Shown: positions 8,571 through 18,626 of the stretch, one piece after another | Position numbering within the stretch: the first letter of the stretch is position 1 | Layout of the letters: each line of letters starts with the position of its first letter | Assembly: GCA_030426395.1 (NCBI GenBank) | Contig: JAUHYE010000002.1 | Coordinates: forward strand, 960-64,959 | Length of the DNA: 64,000 bases | DNA from: Phycisphaerae bacterium | GTDB taxonomy: Bacteria; Planctomycetota; Phycisphaerae; Phycisphaerales; UBA1924 | Direction: 5' to 3' | Notes under the pieces: generated by a model | The model's input: only the letters and a program-made list of their open reading frames with translations | Told to the model about the DNA's origin: nothing | The model's database searches: none | Program-made: the position numbers and the translations under genes

Positions 8571-9707
8571 TCAGCTCTCGCCGCCGATAGTGATCGGCGT
8601 GAGTGGCGCCATGGGTCCGACGATCTTGCGCCGCCGGATGGCCGGGTTGCCAAGCTGCCCGCACGCGGCCATGGTGCCGCGCCCCTTGGTGCGCCGCCGC
8701 TTGACGAACACACCTCGCGAGTTCAGGCGCTCGACGAAGCGATCGACGCTGTCCTCCTCGGGCGCGGGCCACGGGCTGTCACGCCTGGGGTTATATGGGA
8801 TCACGTTCAGCATGCACCGCAAGGGCGACACCCACTCGGCCAATTCGTCGGCGTGCTCCATCGCGTCGTTCAATCCCGGGATCAGCACGTACGCGATCAG
8901 GTAGGGCTTGCCCGTGCCATTGGGAAAGTCCAGCAGGGCGTTACGCAGCTGGCCCATCGGCATCGCGCGGTTGATGGGCATGATCTGGTTGCGGATCTCG
9001 TCGTTGGGCGCGTTCAGGCTGATGGACACACCCAGCCGGTGCCAGCCCGGTTGCAGCACGGCCTCGCGAAGTCGCGCCAACCCGTCGAGTCGGCCAACAG
9101 TTGACACCGTCACCTTGCTCATCGCCAGACCCGCGCCCGAGCGATCGGTGAGGATCTCGATGGCCTTGAGCACCGAGTCGGTGTTATCCAACGGCTCGCC
9201 CATGCCCATGAAGACCAGGTTGGCCGGGGACGCCCCGAGTTGGTGTCTCGCCGCGTGCCACTGGCCCACGATCTGGGCGGGCGTGAGCGAGGCCATGAGC
9301 CCCATCTGGGCCGTCTCACAAAAGCCGCAGCCCATGGCGCACCCCACCTGGCTGCTGACGCACAGCGAGTGGGCCAGCCTGCCCCGCCGCCCGATCATCG
9401 GGATAACCACCGACTCGGCCTCGAGCCTCACGCCCTGCCGTTCGATGTCGAGTTGCTGGACGAACTTGGTGATGACCCCCTCGGGCGTGTCCTCGCTCTC
9501 GCGTCGCAGGATCGGGCCGACCTGGGGCTCGCCGACCTCGCGAAACACCGGGTCGTCGGTCCGGCCCTCGCGCATGAACGCCTTGTAGGCCCGAAGGGCC
9601 CATAACCCACGGCCTTTTACCCGCGGCCCGACGGCGTCGACCCACTCCTGGCTGGTTGTGCCTAGTGGGCTCGGGGTGTTGCCGGGCTGTTCGGTCGGGG
9701 GGGGCAT
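8571..9707 (-). CDS. rlmN: 23S rRNA/tRNA (adenine-C2)-methyltransferase, radical SAM
   Basis: Radical SAM cluster motif CVSSQVGCAMGCGFCETAQMG. LVFMGMGEPLDN and the C-terminal GQLGN region match RlmN. ATG 9707 chosen; the ORF extends to 9965. Confidence 0.9.
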   Translation of the reverse strand: MPPPTEQPGNTPSPLGTTSQEWVDAVGPRVKGRGLWALRAYKAFMREGRTDDPVFREVGEPQVGPILRRESEDTPEGVITKFVQQLDIERQGVRLEAESVVIPMIGRRGRLAHSLCVSSQVGCAMGCGFCETAQMGLMASLTPAQIVGQWHAARHQLGASPANLVFMGMGEPLDNTDSVLKAIEILTDRSGAGLAMSKVTVSTVGRLDGLARLREAVLQPGWHRLGVSISLNAPNDEIRNQIMPINRAMPMGQLRNALLDFPNGTGKPYLIAYVLIPGLNDAMEHADELAEWVSPLRCMLNVIPYNPRRDSPWPAPEEDSVDRFVERLNSRGVFVKRRRTKGRGTMAACGQLGNPAIRRRKIVGPMAPLTPITIGGES

Positions 9708-9870
9708 CGCATCGATCGTACCGCCGGCACGGGCCACCAAGCGGCGATTTGTGAGGATCTGGCCAAGCTGGCAAAGGGGCGTGAAGTCGGGCCTGGGAAC
9801 GGTCGAAGTCTGGGGCGAGTCACCGTTTGGCGCAGGGGCCGGGCGGTGGGCACAGCCAGCGGAGCCGCCG

Positions 9871-10716
9871 ATGCCCAAACGCCTTCGCCCGGACCGACCC
9901 GGGTTCACGCTCATCGAGTTATTGGTCGTCATCGGCATCATCGCCGTGATCGCCGCCATCACCATGCCGGCCGTCGCAAGCGCCCGTCAGAGCGCCCGCA
10001 GCACCATCACGCTGCAGCGCATGGGCCAACTCTCGACCATCGCCAACCTGTATGGAAACGACTCGAAGGACCGCGTCTGGACGGCCCAGAACTGGCTCAA
10101 GACCATCGAGGGCGACACCGCCCAGCCCGGCGTGCTGATCTCGGGCGGGTATCTGACGGACGACGAGATTTTGGAGTGCGCCGTGAATGGCCGCCGCCTG
10201 CCACACCGCGCCTCGGGCGGCATGGCCCCCACGCCCCCTCCCGGCTTGTTCTCACACGCCGAGGTCGACAGCGACTTCGCCTTCGTGCACCAGGTGGAGG
10301 GCGTCCGGCTTGGCACGCACACCCAGTTCGGCTACTACGCCAACCCCACCGAGCGCGGCTGGAGCGGGGGGGTTTGGCTCGACGACGAGACAGCCCTCGA
10401 GAATCTGCCGGGCGTGCCGATCTTCGTCGAGGAGAACCCCGCGTTCTACCACGCCAACGACGAGATGCTGACGTTCAAGGGCTTCGACCAACTCGACCGC
10501 CGCCACGACGGCGGGGGTGGCACGGGCAAGTCGATCATGGCATTCCTTGACGGGCACGCCGAGGGCACGGCCCCGCCGGCCGACGACGCGCCCGAAGGTC
10601 TGGAAGTGAGCGACCTGACGGCAGCCCACTTCTACCTCAGCGCCCGCGGCGGCCGCTGGCGAGCGATGACGTTCAGCAGCGAGTACAAGTACGGCTGGGT
10701 GAACGACCCGCGTTGA
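9871..10716 (+). CDS. prepilin-type N-terminal cleavage/methylation domain protein (type II secretion pseudopilin-like, DUF1559-style)
   Basis: ATG 9871 gives MPKRLRPDRPGFTLIELLVVIGIIAVIAAITMPAV, a classic GFTLIELLVV leader. Late AFLDGHAE motif. Confidence 0.85.
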   Translation: MPKRLRPDRPGFTLIELLVVIGIIAVIAAITMPAVASARQSARSTITLQRMGQLSTIANLYGNDSKDRVWTAQNWLKTIEGDTAQPGVLISGGYLTDDEILECAVNGRRLPHRASGGMAPTPPPGLFSHAEVDSDFAFVHQVEGVRLGTHTQFGYYANPTERGWSGGVWLDDETALENLPGVPIFVEENPAFYHANDEMLTFKGFDQLDRRHDGGGGTGKSIMAFLDGHAEGTAPPADDAPEGLEVSDLTAAHFYLSARGGRWRAMTFSSEYKYGWVNDPR

Positions 10717-10720
10717 GGCC

Positions 10721-11188
10721 TCACGCGCCCTGGTGCCAGGCGCGCAGCATCCACACCTTCTTCTCGATCTCGTCGCCGATGTCGTCGAGCAGGTTCACCG
10801 TCGTGCGGTCGCCGCCGTCCTCAGCGTCTTCGATCACCTCGCGCACCTCGCGGTGGATGCTCAGCAGATCGGCCACCACGTTCTCGACCATCCGCTTTTC
10901 ATCTGGCGTGCCTTCCTCTTCGGCGATGCGCGTGTGCTCGAGGCAGCGGGCCAGCGTGGGCAGCGGGGCGGCCTCCTTGGCACGCACGCGCTCGGCGATG
11001 TCGTCCAGGTGCGTGGTCCACGCGGTATAGAGCTCCTCGAACTGGGCGTGAAGCTCGAAGAACTGGCGACCTCGCACGTTCCAGTGGTAGTTCTGGAGCT
11101 TGTAGCGGAAGACGGCCGCATCGGCCAGCAGGCTGTTGAGGCCCGAGATGATCTTCGCGTCGATTTCGGGGTTGGAGCCCTCGCTCAT
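10721..11188 (-). CDS. dps: Dps family DNA-protection/ferritin-like protein
   Basis: LNSLLADAAVFRYKLQNYHWNVRGRQFFELHAQFEELY...DDIAERV...DLLDDIGDEIEKKVWMLRA. ATG 11188 is preceded by GGAGGG. Confidence 0.9.
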   Translation of the reverse strand: MSEGSNPEIDAKIISGLNSLLADAAVFRYKLQNYHWNVRGRQFFELHAQFEELYTAWTTHLDDIAERVRAKEAAPLPTLARCLEHTRIAEEEGTPDEKRMVENVVADLLSIHREVREVIEDAEDGGDRTTVNLLDDIGDEIEKKVWMLRAWHQGA

Positions 11189-11327
11189 GTCACCCTCCTG
11201 TGCCAATTGGCGATTAGCGGTAACCCGTGTTTTCGCGCTCTTGCCGGGCAATGCCCTGGGGAACAAGGCGTTCATCGAGTATCATTATTAGGCTCGGAGA
11301 GGCCTGCCGCGAATCTGGTGGCAATCA

Positions 11328-12542
11328 ATGCTGGGGGACCTACGCATGCGAGTGATGATGTCTTTGACGGCTCTGGCGGGCCTGGCGCCGGCGTGCCTGG
11401 GACAATGCGATTACACACAGACCAACATGCTCGCAGAGGCCATCGTCGACGCCCGTCCGCTGCTCGACGGCGCGAGCCTGCGTTTGGAAGACCCGCTCAT
11501 TTCCGGCACGAGCCTCGAGAGCTACTACGGCGATTACAACCCCGGCACCGTCGTGCCCATCGCCAGCGCCTCGAAGCTGCTGTCCGCGATCGTGGTGATG
11601 TCGTGCGTGGAGCGAGATGGGCTCGACCTGGATGCGCCCGTGTCGGCATACCTGCCCGAGTTCCTGGGTACCAAGGGCACCATGACCGTGCGGCAGATGT
11701 TCAGCCACACGTCGGGACTGCCCAGCAACAGCGTGTTCGCGTTCGATCCGTCGATCACGCTGGCGCAGGCGGTCACGCGCATCGCGCTCTTCACACCGCT
11801 GGAAGCAACGCCCGGCACCGACTTCTGCTACGGACAGGTCGGCATGCATGTCGCGGGCCGCGTGTGCGAGGTCATCACGGGGCTTGATTGGGATACGCTG
11901 TTCGAAGAGCGCGTCGCGTCGCCTCTGGGATTGACCTCGACCAACTACGACGGCCTGTACGAGACCGACAACCCCCTCATCGCCGGCGGGGCCGAGAGCA
12001 GCCTGGGCGACTACGCCCGGGTCATCCGCATGCTGATGAACGGCGGCGAGTACCGCGGCGCGAGGATCCTCGAGCCCGCGTCGATCGAACTCATGTTCAC
12101 CGACATGACCGACGGGCTGCCCATCCGCTGCACGCCCTCGCCCGATCTGGAGCGCAACTACGGGCTGGGCTGCTGGGTGCGCGGCCGGCCCGATGGCTCG
12201 CGGCGGATCGATAGCCCCGGGGCGTTCGGCTATACGCCATGGATCGAACTGAATGAAGCCGGCCAGCCGATCCTCGGCGGCGTGTTCATGATCGAGGACG
12301 CGTTCAGCGACCTCAGCGCCGAGATCAACGCCGTGCAGGATGCCGCACTGAGCGCCCGGCTCGCGTGCACACCCTGCCCAGCCGATTTCGACTTCGACGG
12401 GCAACTCACCCTGTTCGACTTCCTGGCCTTCCAGAGCGCTTGGGATGCGCAGGCACAAGCCGGCGACTTCGATCGCGACGGCGTGTACGACCTGTTCGAC
12501 TTCCTGGCGTTCAGCAACGCGTTCGACGCGGGCTGCCCTTAG
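11328..12542 (+). CDS. beta-lactamase-family serine hydrolase with C-terminal 55-aa dockerin-like module
   Basis: Signal-like MRVMMSLTALAGLAPACLGQ. SxxK motif IASASKLLSAIVVM. C-terminus CPADFDFDGQLTLFDFLAF...LFDFLAFSNAFDAGCP. Start could also be 11346. Confidence 0.85.
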   Translation: MLGDLRMRVMMSLTALAGLAPACLGQCDYTQTNMLAEAIVDARPLLDGASLRLEDPLISGTSLESYYGDYNPGTVVPIASASKLLSAIVVMSCVERDGLDLDAPVSAYLPEFLGTKGTMTVRQMFSHTSGLPSNSVFAFDPSITLAQAVTRIALFTPLEATPGTDFCYGQVGMHVAGRVCEVITGLDWDTLFEERVASPLGLTSTNYDGLYETDNPLIAGGAESSLGDYARVIRMLMNGGEYRGARILEPASIELMFTDMTDGLPIRCTPSPDLERNYGLGCWVRGRPDGSRRIDSPGAFGYTPWIELNEAGQPILGGVFMIEDAFSDLSAEINAVQDAALSARLACTPCPADFDFDGQLTLFDFLAFQSAWDAQAQAGDFDRDGVYDLFDFLAFSNAFDAGCP

Positions 12543-13624
12543 GAGCTCTTCTGCCGCTTGCGTGGTGAAGGTTCATCGCTCTTGAGCTGTGCGGCGGTGA
12601 ACGAGCGACCGGTTGTGCGCTTATCCCAGGTGTGGGCCGGGCCGCGGCAGGTCTCGTAGCCCATCCACATGTCGAGCCAGTAGCTGCGGAAGGCCTGCCC
12701 GCCCTGGCCGACGCCGAATCGTTCGTAGTGGGCCGCCACCCGCTTGGAAACCTCGCGGTCGGTGCCGTCGAAGCCGAGCACCGCACGGCCATGACGCACG
12801 CTCTCGGTGTCGAGCGGCAGGAATCCGTAGCGGCCAAGCAGTTGCATGATGTTGTGCGCCGCATACGGCCCGATGCCCGGCAAATCGAGCAGGAATCGGC
12901 GGACCTCCTCGTCGGGCGTCTGCGGGTCTTCGAGCCAGGACTGCGGAATCTGACCCTTATGGAAGAGCTTGGCCAGATCGATGAGTCGTTGGTCGCGATA
13001 GCCCACGCGACAACGCGAGCGCAGCCAGATAGCCTTCTTCTTCGCGAGTTGCTCGGGCGTGGGGAACGCGTGCACGCCGCTGGGCGTGGGCGAGCCGACG
13101 CGGGCGCACAGTGCCGCGTTCATGTCGATGGTGCCGGGCCACTGCACGTTGCAGCTCGTGATGGTCTTGGCCATGTCCTCGAACAACGTGGCCGAACGCA
13201 TCAGGCGGCCGCGGCCGCTAAAACGCCAACGCTCGTCGATGGCGTGGAAGGCGGCGATGTCTTCTTCGCTCTCGTCGAGCCGCAGGATGCGCGTGACCAT
13301 GGCACGGGCCTGGGCGCACTCTCCGCGTGCCAACTGGCGGTCGGCGGTCACGTTCAGGTGCATGCCCACGCGCTGCTGGCGGATGACGACCAACGCCCCG
13401 CCATGCTCGAGCGAGAGCGCGGCTGAGTAAACCCCCGAGTTGGGGTACCACTCGTAGGGCTCGAGCAGGAAGTAGCCGTACGAGCACGCGTCGCGCGCCA
13501 GGTCGAAATCGGCCGGGGCGTTGATGCGCAGGCGCGTGGGCCGCGATGTCGTCGAAGGAGCTGCCACTGCTACACCGCCAGGAGACGGTCGAACGGCACC
13601 GCGAAAGAAGCGATGTTGACGCAC
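12539..13624 (-). CDS. HhH-GPD superfamily DNA glycosylase (AlkA-like 3-methyladenine glycosylase II)
   Basis: HhH-GPD motif FLLDLPGIGPYAAHNIMQLLGRYGFLPLDTESVRHG. ORF start 13624 is GTG and overlaps the upstream gene by 55 nt. GTG 13567 is an equally plausible start. Confidence 0.75.
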   Translation of the reverse strand: MRQHRFFRGAVRPSPGGVAVAAPSTTSRPTRLRINAPADFDLARDACSYGYFLLEPYEWYPNSGVYSAALSLEHGGALVVIRQQRVGMHLNVTADRQLARGECAQARAMVTRILRLDESEEDIAAFHAIDERWRFSGRGRLMRSATLFEDMAKTITSCNVQWPGTIDMNAALCARVGSPTPSGVHAFPTPEQLAKKKAIWLRSRCRVGYRDQRLIDLAKLFHKGQIPQSWLEDPQTPDEEVRRFLLDLPGIGPYAAHNIMQLLGRYGFLPLDTESVRHGRAVLGFDGTDREVSKRVAAHYERFGVGQGGQAFRSYWLDMWMGYETCRGPAHTWDKRTTGRSFTAAQLKSDEPSPRKRQKSS

Positions 13625-14298
13625 AGGCGATCTGAAGCCCGGGCGAACATCGCGTAATGCTCGTTAAGCTGGCCCTCGAGCTGGTCGAGCGTCAGGGGCA
13701 GGTCGCCGTGGGTCTTCTTGAGCAACGCAAAGTGGCGGGTGATGCCGGGGCGGTCGAACTCGAAGTGGTACTGGAATCCGTAGGTTCGGATGCCGGCCTT
13801 GAAGCACTCGACGGGCGTGGTCGCGCTCTTGGCCAGCACGGTCGCCCCGGGGGGGGCCTTCGAGACGTGGTTCTCGTGGCTCTGGAACATGGGCAGCTTC
13901 CAGGGCACGCCCGCCAGCATGGTCTCGGTCTGGCCGGCCACGGTCAGCTCGACGGGCTCGAAGCCCAGTGCCATCTTGGGCAGCTTTTCGACCTCTCCAC
14001 CCAGGGCACGGGCGATGAGTTGGTGGCCCATGCACAGCCCGATGACGGGCATCTCGGCCTCGTGGGCTTTGCGGATGAGGTCCATCGTGCGGGAGATCCA
14101 GGGCAGGTCGTCGCTGGGCGACGCGGGGCTGCCCAGAACAATCAGGCCCTGGGCGCCGTCCATGTCCGGGGGCACGGCCGCCTCGCCGTCCTGGTCGATG
14201 CGGCGGTAGTCGAGCTTGAAGCCGTGGTCGCGCAGGGTGACCCCCAAGCGAGCGGGCCCGAGGTGTTGTCCGTCCTGAAGAACGATGATGGTGGCCAT
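13570..14298 (-). CDS. class I glutamine amidotransferase-like protein
   Basis: ATG 14298 gives MATIIVLQDG. GATase1 nucleophile elbow PVIGLCMGHQLIARALGG. Later YGFQYHFE. Confidence 0.85.
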   Translation of the reverse strand: MATIIVLQDGQHLGPARLGVTLRDHGFKLDYRRIDQDGEAAVPPDMDGAQGLIVLGSPASPSDDLPWISRTMDLIRKAHEAEMPVIGLCMGHQLIARALGGEVEKLPKMALGFEPVELTVAGQTETMLAGVPWKLPMFQSHENHVSKAPPGATVLAKSATTPVECFKAGIRTYGFQYHFEFDRPGITRHFALLKKTHGDLPLTLDQLEGQLNEHYAMFARASDRLCVNIASFAVPFDRLLAV

Positions 14299-14420
14299 GG
14301 GAGCCGATGTTAGCGTGTGGTGGGCGCGTCTGCCGGGGTCGGCGGCGGGCTCTACGCTGTGAATGGCCGTCCCCGACCGGCCAAACCCTCCAGACCTCAA
14401 GACCGGCCCAGGAGAATGAC

Positions 14421-15989
14421 GTGAAGAAGACCAGTGCTCGATTTATCCGGACCCTCCAGATCGGCACCTGCGCCGCGGCCTGCCTGGCCGCCGGCCTGCC
14501 GATGGCCGCCGCCCAGGACGACATTACCGGCACGCTGGTGATGGAAGGCCAGCCCGAGGCGGTGCCGACGGACATCCGCCAGTCGACGGTCAAGATCTTC
14601 ACGACCTCCCGCGGCCCGGACCTGACCCGCCCCTGGACCCGCCAGCAGGCCACCGACTCGACCGGCTCGGGCCTGGTCATCGACGGCGGACGCATCCTGA
14701 CCAACGCCCATGTGGTCGAGTACGGCCAGCAGATCTTCGTGCAGCCCTACCTGACAAGCCAGCGGCTGGCGGCCAGGGTCGTGGCCCGCAACACCGGCAT
14801 CGACCTGGCGCTGCTCGAACTAGAAGACCCCGACTCGATCGACGGCGTGCCCATGGCCGCGCTCGCCGCCGACCTGCCCGACATCGGCGACAAGGCCAAC
14901 GCGCTGGGCTACCCGATGGGCGGCGAGGAACTGTCCATCACCGAGGGCATCGTCTCGCGCATCGAGTTCGTGGGCTATCAGGCCGGCACGCTGGGACTGC
15001 GCATCCAGGTCGACGCCGCGCTCAACCCGGGTAACTCGGGCGGGCCGGTCACCGTCGACGGCGAGGTCATCGGCCTGACCTTCAGCGGCATCTCGCAGGC
15101 CGACAACATCGGCTACATCATCCCCAACGAGGAGATCCGCCTCTTCCTGGACGACGTCAAGGACGGCGACATCGACGGCCGCCCGTTCCTTCGTGAGAGC
15201 TTCGACAACACCCGCAACCCGGGCGTTCGCGCCAAGCTTGGATTGACCTCCGAGCTCGAGGGCATGGTGGTATCCGAAGAAGTCGAGGGCAACCCGCTCA
15301 AGTCGTGGGACGTGGTCACGAGCATCGCCGGGCGGAGCATCGACAGCCAGGGCCTGGTCAGCCTGACGGACGACCTCCGCCTGTACTTCGAGTACTTCGT
15401 CGAGCACGGCCTGAACGACGACGACACCATCACGCTGGGCGTGCTGCGTAACGGCGAGCAGATCGAGGTTCGCTCGCCCGTCGTGCGCGGCGACGACGAC
15501 TTCTTCGAGGAGCTGGACAACACCTACCCCAGTTACATGGTCTTCGGCCCGCTCGTCTTCACGCCTGTCTACCAAAGGCACGTGTACGGGCTGGGCGTCG
15601 ATCGCCTGGCCGCACGCCAGAGCCCGATCGCTCGTCTCGCGTACACCGGCAAGGACGAGGACGCGGAGATCCAGGAATACGTTATCATGGCCGGTGGACT
15701 GCTGAACCACCGCGTGAACCTGGCCTACGAGATCCCGCCGTTCTCGACGCTCAAGAGCATCAACGACACGACGATCACCAGCCTCGAGCACTGTGTCAAG
15801 ACGCTCAAGGAACTGGCCAACTCTTCGGAAGAGTTCATCACATTCGAGTTCTACGACCGCGGCGCCGACCGGCTGGTCTACAAGCGCACCGACATCCTCG
15901 ACTCGATCGAGGCGGTGCTGAACGAGAACGGCATCCGCCGACCGATCTCGCCCGATCTTGCGGAGTTGTGGCCCGAACTGGGCGAGTAA
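14421..15989 (+). CDS. secreted trypsin-like (S1C/HtrA-like) serine protease
   Basis: GTG 14421 follows GGAGAATGAC. Signal peptide ...CLAAGLPMAAAQ. Catalytic triad contexts ILTNAHVV, IDLALLEL and GNSGGPV. Confidence 0.85.
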   Translation: MKKTSARFIRTLQIGTCAAACLAAGLPMAAAQDDITGTLVMEGQPEAVPTDIRQSTVKIFTTSRGPDLTRPWTRQQATDSTGSGLVIDGGRILTNAHVVEYGQQIFVQPYLTSQRLAARVVARNTGIDLALLELEDPDSIDGVPMAALAADLPDIGDKANALGYPMGGEELSITEGIVSRIEFVGYQAGTLGLRIQVDAALNPGNSGGPVTVDGEVIGLTFSGISQADNIGYIIPNEEIRLFLDDVKDGDIDGRPFLRESFDNTRNPGVRAKLGLTSELEGMVVSEEVEGNPLKSWDVVTSIAGRSIDSQGLVSLTDDLRLYFEYFVEHGLNDDDTITLGVLRNGEQIEVRSPVVRGDDDFFEELDNTYPSYMVFGPLVFTPVYQRHVYGLGVDRLAARQSPIARLAYTGKDEDAEIQEYVIMAGGLLNHRVNLAYEIPPFSTLKSINDTTITSLEHCVKTLKELANSSEEFITFEFYDRGADRLVYKRTDILDSIEAVLNENGIRRPISPDLAELWPELGE

Positions 15990-16002
15990 CGTACCTGTGC
16001 AA

Positions 16003-16028
16003 GACCCTCGCAAGCGCGAGGGTTTTTC
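16003..16028 (+). terminator. rho-independent terminator after the protease gene
   Basis: Stem ccctcgc (16005-16011) / gcgaggg (16016-16022), loop aagc, followed by ttttt at 16023-16027. Lies between convergent genes. Confidence 0.55.
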
Positions 16029-16038
16029 GTGCGCCGAT

Positions 16039-16707
16039 TTATGCGCGAGTCTTTGACGGGCTCGTGTACACCGCCACCGTCGCATCGTGCGGGCCCAGAT
16101 AATCCTGGCGGAACAGCATGTGCCCGCTGGCGCGCTGGGCCCACTTGAAGACGTTGCCGCTGTGGAAGCGATTGGCCGGGCCGGTGGCCTCGCGCCGCTT
16201 TCGACCGGCCGAGCTCAGGAAATTGAACGCGAGCACCGCGCCGTCGCACCGGTGCAAGGCGTCCCACGCGCGGTCGAGCACGACCATGGCCGTGCGCTCG
16301 TCGAGCGTGTTGAGCGAGCCGCTGAACACGACGACCGAGACGCCGAACTCTGAGACCAACCGCTCGAACAGCGACCTGTCGCTCACGAAATCGGCAACGA
16401 CCCACTGGCTCTCGGGGAATCGCTTCTGAGCGGGTTCGACCAGCTCGGAGATGCCCTCGACCCCGATGTACTTCGACGGCGCCTGATCAACGGCTCGCAG
16501 ATATTCGAGCAGATCACCACGCCCCGCCCCCAAATCGGCCAGCACCCTGCCCTTGGGCCGGGATACCTCGGCCAGCACCTCGAAACGCTTGACCTGGTAT
16601 TCCTGGCTGCGCCACAGCAGGGCCTCGAAGCCCGGGCCGTGCGCGCGAACCGCCTCGCGGTAGGGCTCGAGGTACCGCGGGTCGGGCTGGCTCTTGTCCA
16701 TTGTCAT
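16039..16707 (-). CDS. class I SAM-dependent methyltransferase
   Basis: Motif I VLADLGAGRGDLLEYL. Rossmann-like downstream pattern VVVFSGSLN. ATG start. Confidence 0.8.
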   Translation of the reverse strand: MTMDKSQPDPRYLEPYREAVRAHGPGFEALLWRSQEYQVKRFEVLAEVSRPKGRVLADLGAGRGDLLEYLRAVDQAPSKYIGVEGISELVEPAQKRFPESQWVVADFVSDRSLFERLVSEFGVSVVVFSGSLNTLDERTAMVVLDRAWDALHRCDGAVLAFNFLSSAGRKRREATGPANRFHSGNVFKWAQRASGHMLFRQDYLGPHDATVAVYTSPSKTRA

Positions 16708-16716
16708 TCGGTGCGA

Positions 16717-17646
16717 TCAGCCGATGCGGGTCATGCGGCTGAACTCGTCGAAGCGGACGTCCAGGTCATGGCTCGTCAGCGTGGCCAGGCGATCGAGGCT
16801 GAACGACTCGATGTTGTAGCTCGCGATGATCGTGCCGTGCGCAACGGCGCGGTGGATGGCGTCGAAGGACGTGGGATCGACGCCGGCATCACCCTCGCGC
16901 GCGAGCGAGCCCATCATGCCACCGGCGAAGCTGTCGCCCGCGCCGGTGGGGTCGACCACGTTCTCGGTCGGGAAGGCCGGCAGGGCGGAGATGCCGTCCT
17001 TGTGCACGATGATGCAGCCGTGCTCGCCCTTCTTGATGACGACGAACTTGGGACCCATCTCGAGGATGTGCCGCGCCGCCGTCACGGGGTTGCGCTTGCC
17101 GGTGAGCTGCTCGGCCTCATCGAAGTTCAGCACCAGGCCGTCGATCTTCTCGCAGAGCTGCATGAGCTCGGGCTTGGCGGTGTCGATCCACAGGTCCATC
17201 GTGTCGGCGACGGCCAGCTTGCGTTGCGGGAGCTGCTCGAGCAGGCCGAGTTGCACCGAAGGGTGGGTGTTGGCCAGGAACACGTACTTGCTGTCGCGGA
17301 ATTGTTCGGGCACCACGGGCGGCTCTTCGGCAACCACGCCCAGGTCGGTATACAGAGTCTCGCGCTGGTCCATGTTCTCCATGTACTTGCCGCCCCAGCG
17401 GAAGGTCTTGGAGCCCTTGCGGACCTCCAGCCCGCTGTGGTCGACGCCCTTGAACTGCTCCATGGTCTTGCGGAGTTCGTCGGGGAAGTCCTCTCCCACG
17501 GCGGCCACGATGCGGATGGGCTCGCAGTAGAACGAGGCGGCGGCCGCGAAGTAGGTGCACGAACCGCCCAGCACGTTCTCCCGATGGCCGTGGTCGGGGG
17601 TGTAGACGGTGTCGATTCCGATGGTTCCGGTGACGATCAAAGGCAT
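16717..17646 (-). CDS. PfkB-family carbohydrate/nucleoside kinase
   Basis: C-terminal PfkB signature VVDPTGAGDSFAGGMMGSLA. N-terminal GGSCTYFAAAAS. ATG start. Confidence 0.9.
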   Translation of the reverse strand: MPLIVTGTIGIDTVYTPDHGHRENVLGGSCTYFAAAASFYCEPIRIVAAVGEDFPDELRKTMEQFKGVDHSGLEVRKGSKTFRWGGKYMENMDQRETLYTDLGVVAEEPPVVPEQFRDSKYVFLANTHPSVQLGLLEQLPQRKLAVADTMDLWIDTAKPELMQLCEKIDGLVLNFDEAEQLTGKRNPVTAARHILEMGPKFVVIKKGEHGCIIVHKDGISALPAFPTENVVDPTGAGDSFAGGMMGSLAREGDAGVDPTSFDAIHRAVAHGTIIASYNIESFSLDRLATLTSHDLDVRFDEFSRMTRIG

Positions 17647-17700
17647 GGGAGAGCATAGGGCCTCCCGACGCCGAGTTGCCGATTGGGTGCGGAAAGCCGC

Positions 17701-18558
17701 TCAGAACTCGGGAATCGGCCGGGTCCAGTCGGAGAGCGTGGTGACCGAGACGCCTTGCAGCCACCAGCGGCCATCGGTATCGCGCACATAGAGCAGATAC
17801 AGCGGACGGATCTTCCCGTCGTTCCATTCGCACAAGATGCCGATGCGGGCCGTGGTGAGTTTGCCGTCGCGCTCGAGCATGTCTCGCACACCGGGAACGG
17901 GCCCCACGAACCACGACCGAAACCCGCCAGTATGCGCCAATGCCCAAGCCATGTCATCGGTCTCCCGAAAGAGCGGGTAGAACTCGATGCTTTCCGGAGT
18001 GACCTCCATGGTCGCAATAGCGCAGCCCGGGTTGCCGATCGACCATGACGTGACGACGAGCGCATCCCCATCATCGGTCTGGCGATTCCAGAACTTCGCC
18101 CACGCTTCGTCGATCTTGTCGTAGCCTGGCCAGGGCTCCTCACCAAACCAGTACGGCCAGTCACTCACGATGAATGCGCTCTGCATCTCGCTTTCGGTGA
18201 GCCATCGGTAGCCGTTGTCGAGACGCCACTGGGTATATGCAGTCGGGTCGGCCTGCGCGAAACGATGCCACAGCATGCCGGCGGCCTGATCGATCAGCGT
18301 GTGGAGCGAGGCATCGTCGATCGTGGCGCCAGCCTCCTTCGCGTAGGCGAGCAGCGTGGGCCGGAGTGCGTCGGCGAGATCCTGCGCCCTGTCGAAAGTC
18401 GAGATCGGTGCCCGCTCGATGGCCGGATACACACGGTCGGCCTTGGCGGCGTGGGCCTTGCGGTCGAGTTCACGGTCGTACTCGGGCTGGCCGTCCTGCC
18501 AGAGGGTGGCAGACCAGGCGGTAAGGGACAGAACGATCGCGAGAAGAGCAAGCGGCAT
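17701..18558 (-). CDS. hypothetical exported/anchored protein
   Basis: ATG start and N-terminal hydrophobic segment MPLALLAIVLSLTAWSA. Protein-like Trp/Asp-rich composition. No family recognised. Confidence 0.6.
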   Translation of the reverse strand: MPLALLAIVLSLTAWSATLWQDGQPEYDRELDRKAHAAKADRVYPAIERAPISTFDRAQDLADALRPTLLAYAKEAGATIDDASLHTLIDQAAGMLWHRFAQADPTAYTQWRLDNGYRWLTESEMQSAFIVSDWPYWFGEEPWPGYDKIDEAWAKFWNRQTDDGDALVVTSWSIGNPGCAIATMEVTPESIEFYPLFRETDDMAWALAHTGGFRSWFVGPVPGVRDMLERDGKLTTARIGILCEWNDGKIRPLYLLYVRDTDGRWWLQGVSVTTLSDWTRPIPEF

Positions 18559-18626
18559 GGCGGACCTCCCGAGAGCCTACCAGCCAGGGCCGGGCGGGGT
18601 TGCGACCCCAGCTACGATCGGTCCCC

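Noticed and set aside
11277-11292. Fur/PerR-box-like GAGTATCATTATTAGG upstream of dps.
   Set aside because: It matches only about half of a 19-bp Fur/PerR consensus and lacks clear dyad symmetry. That is too weak to call.
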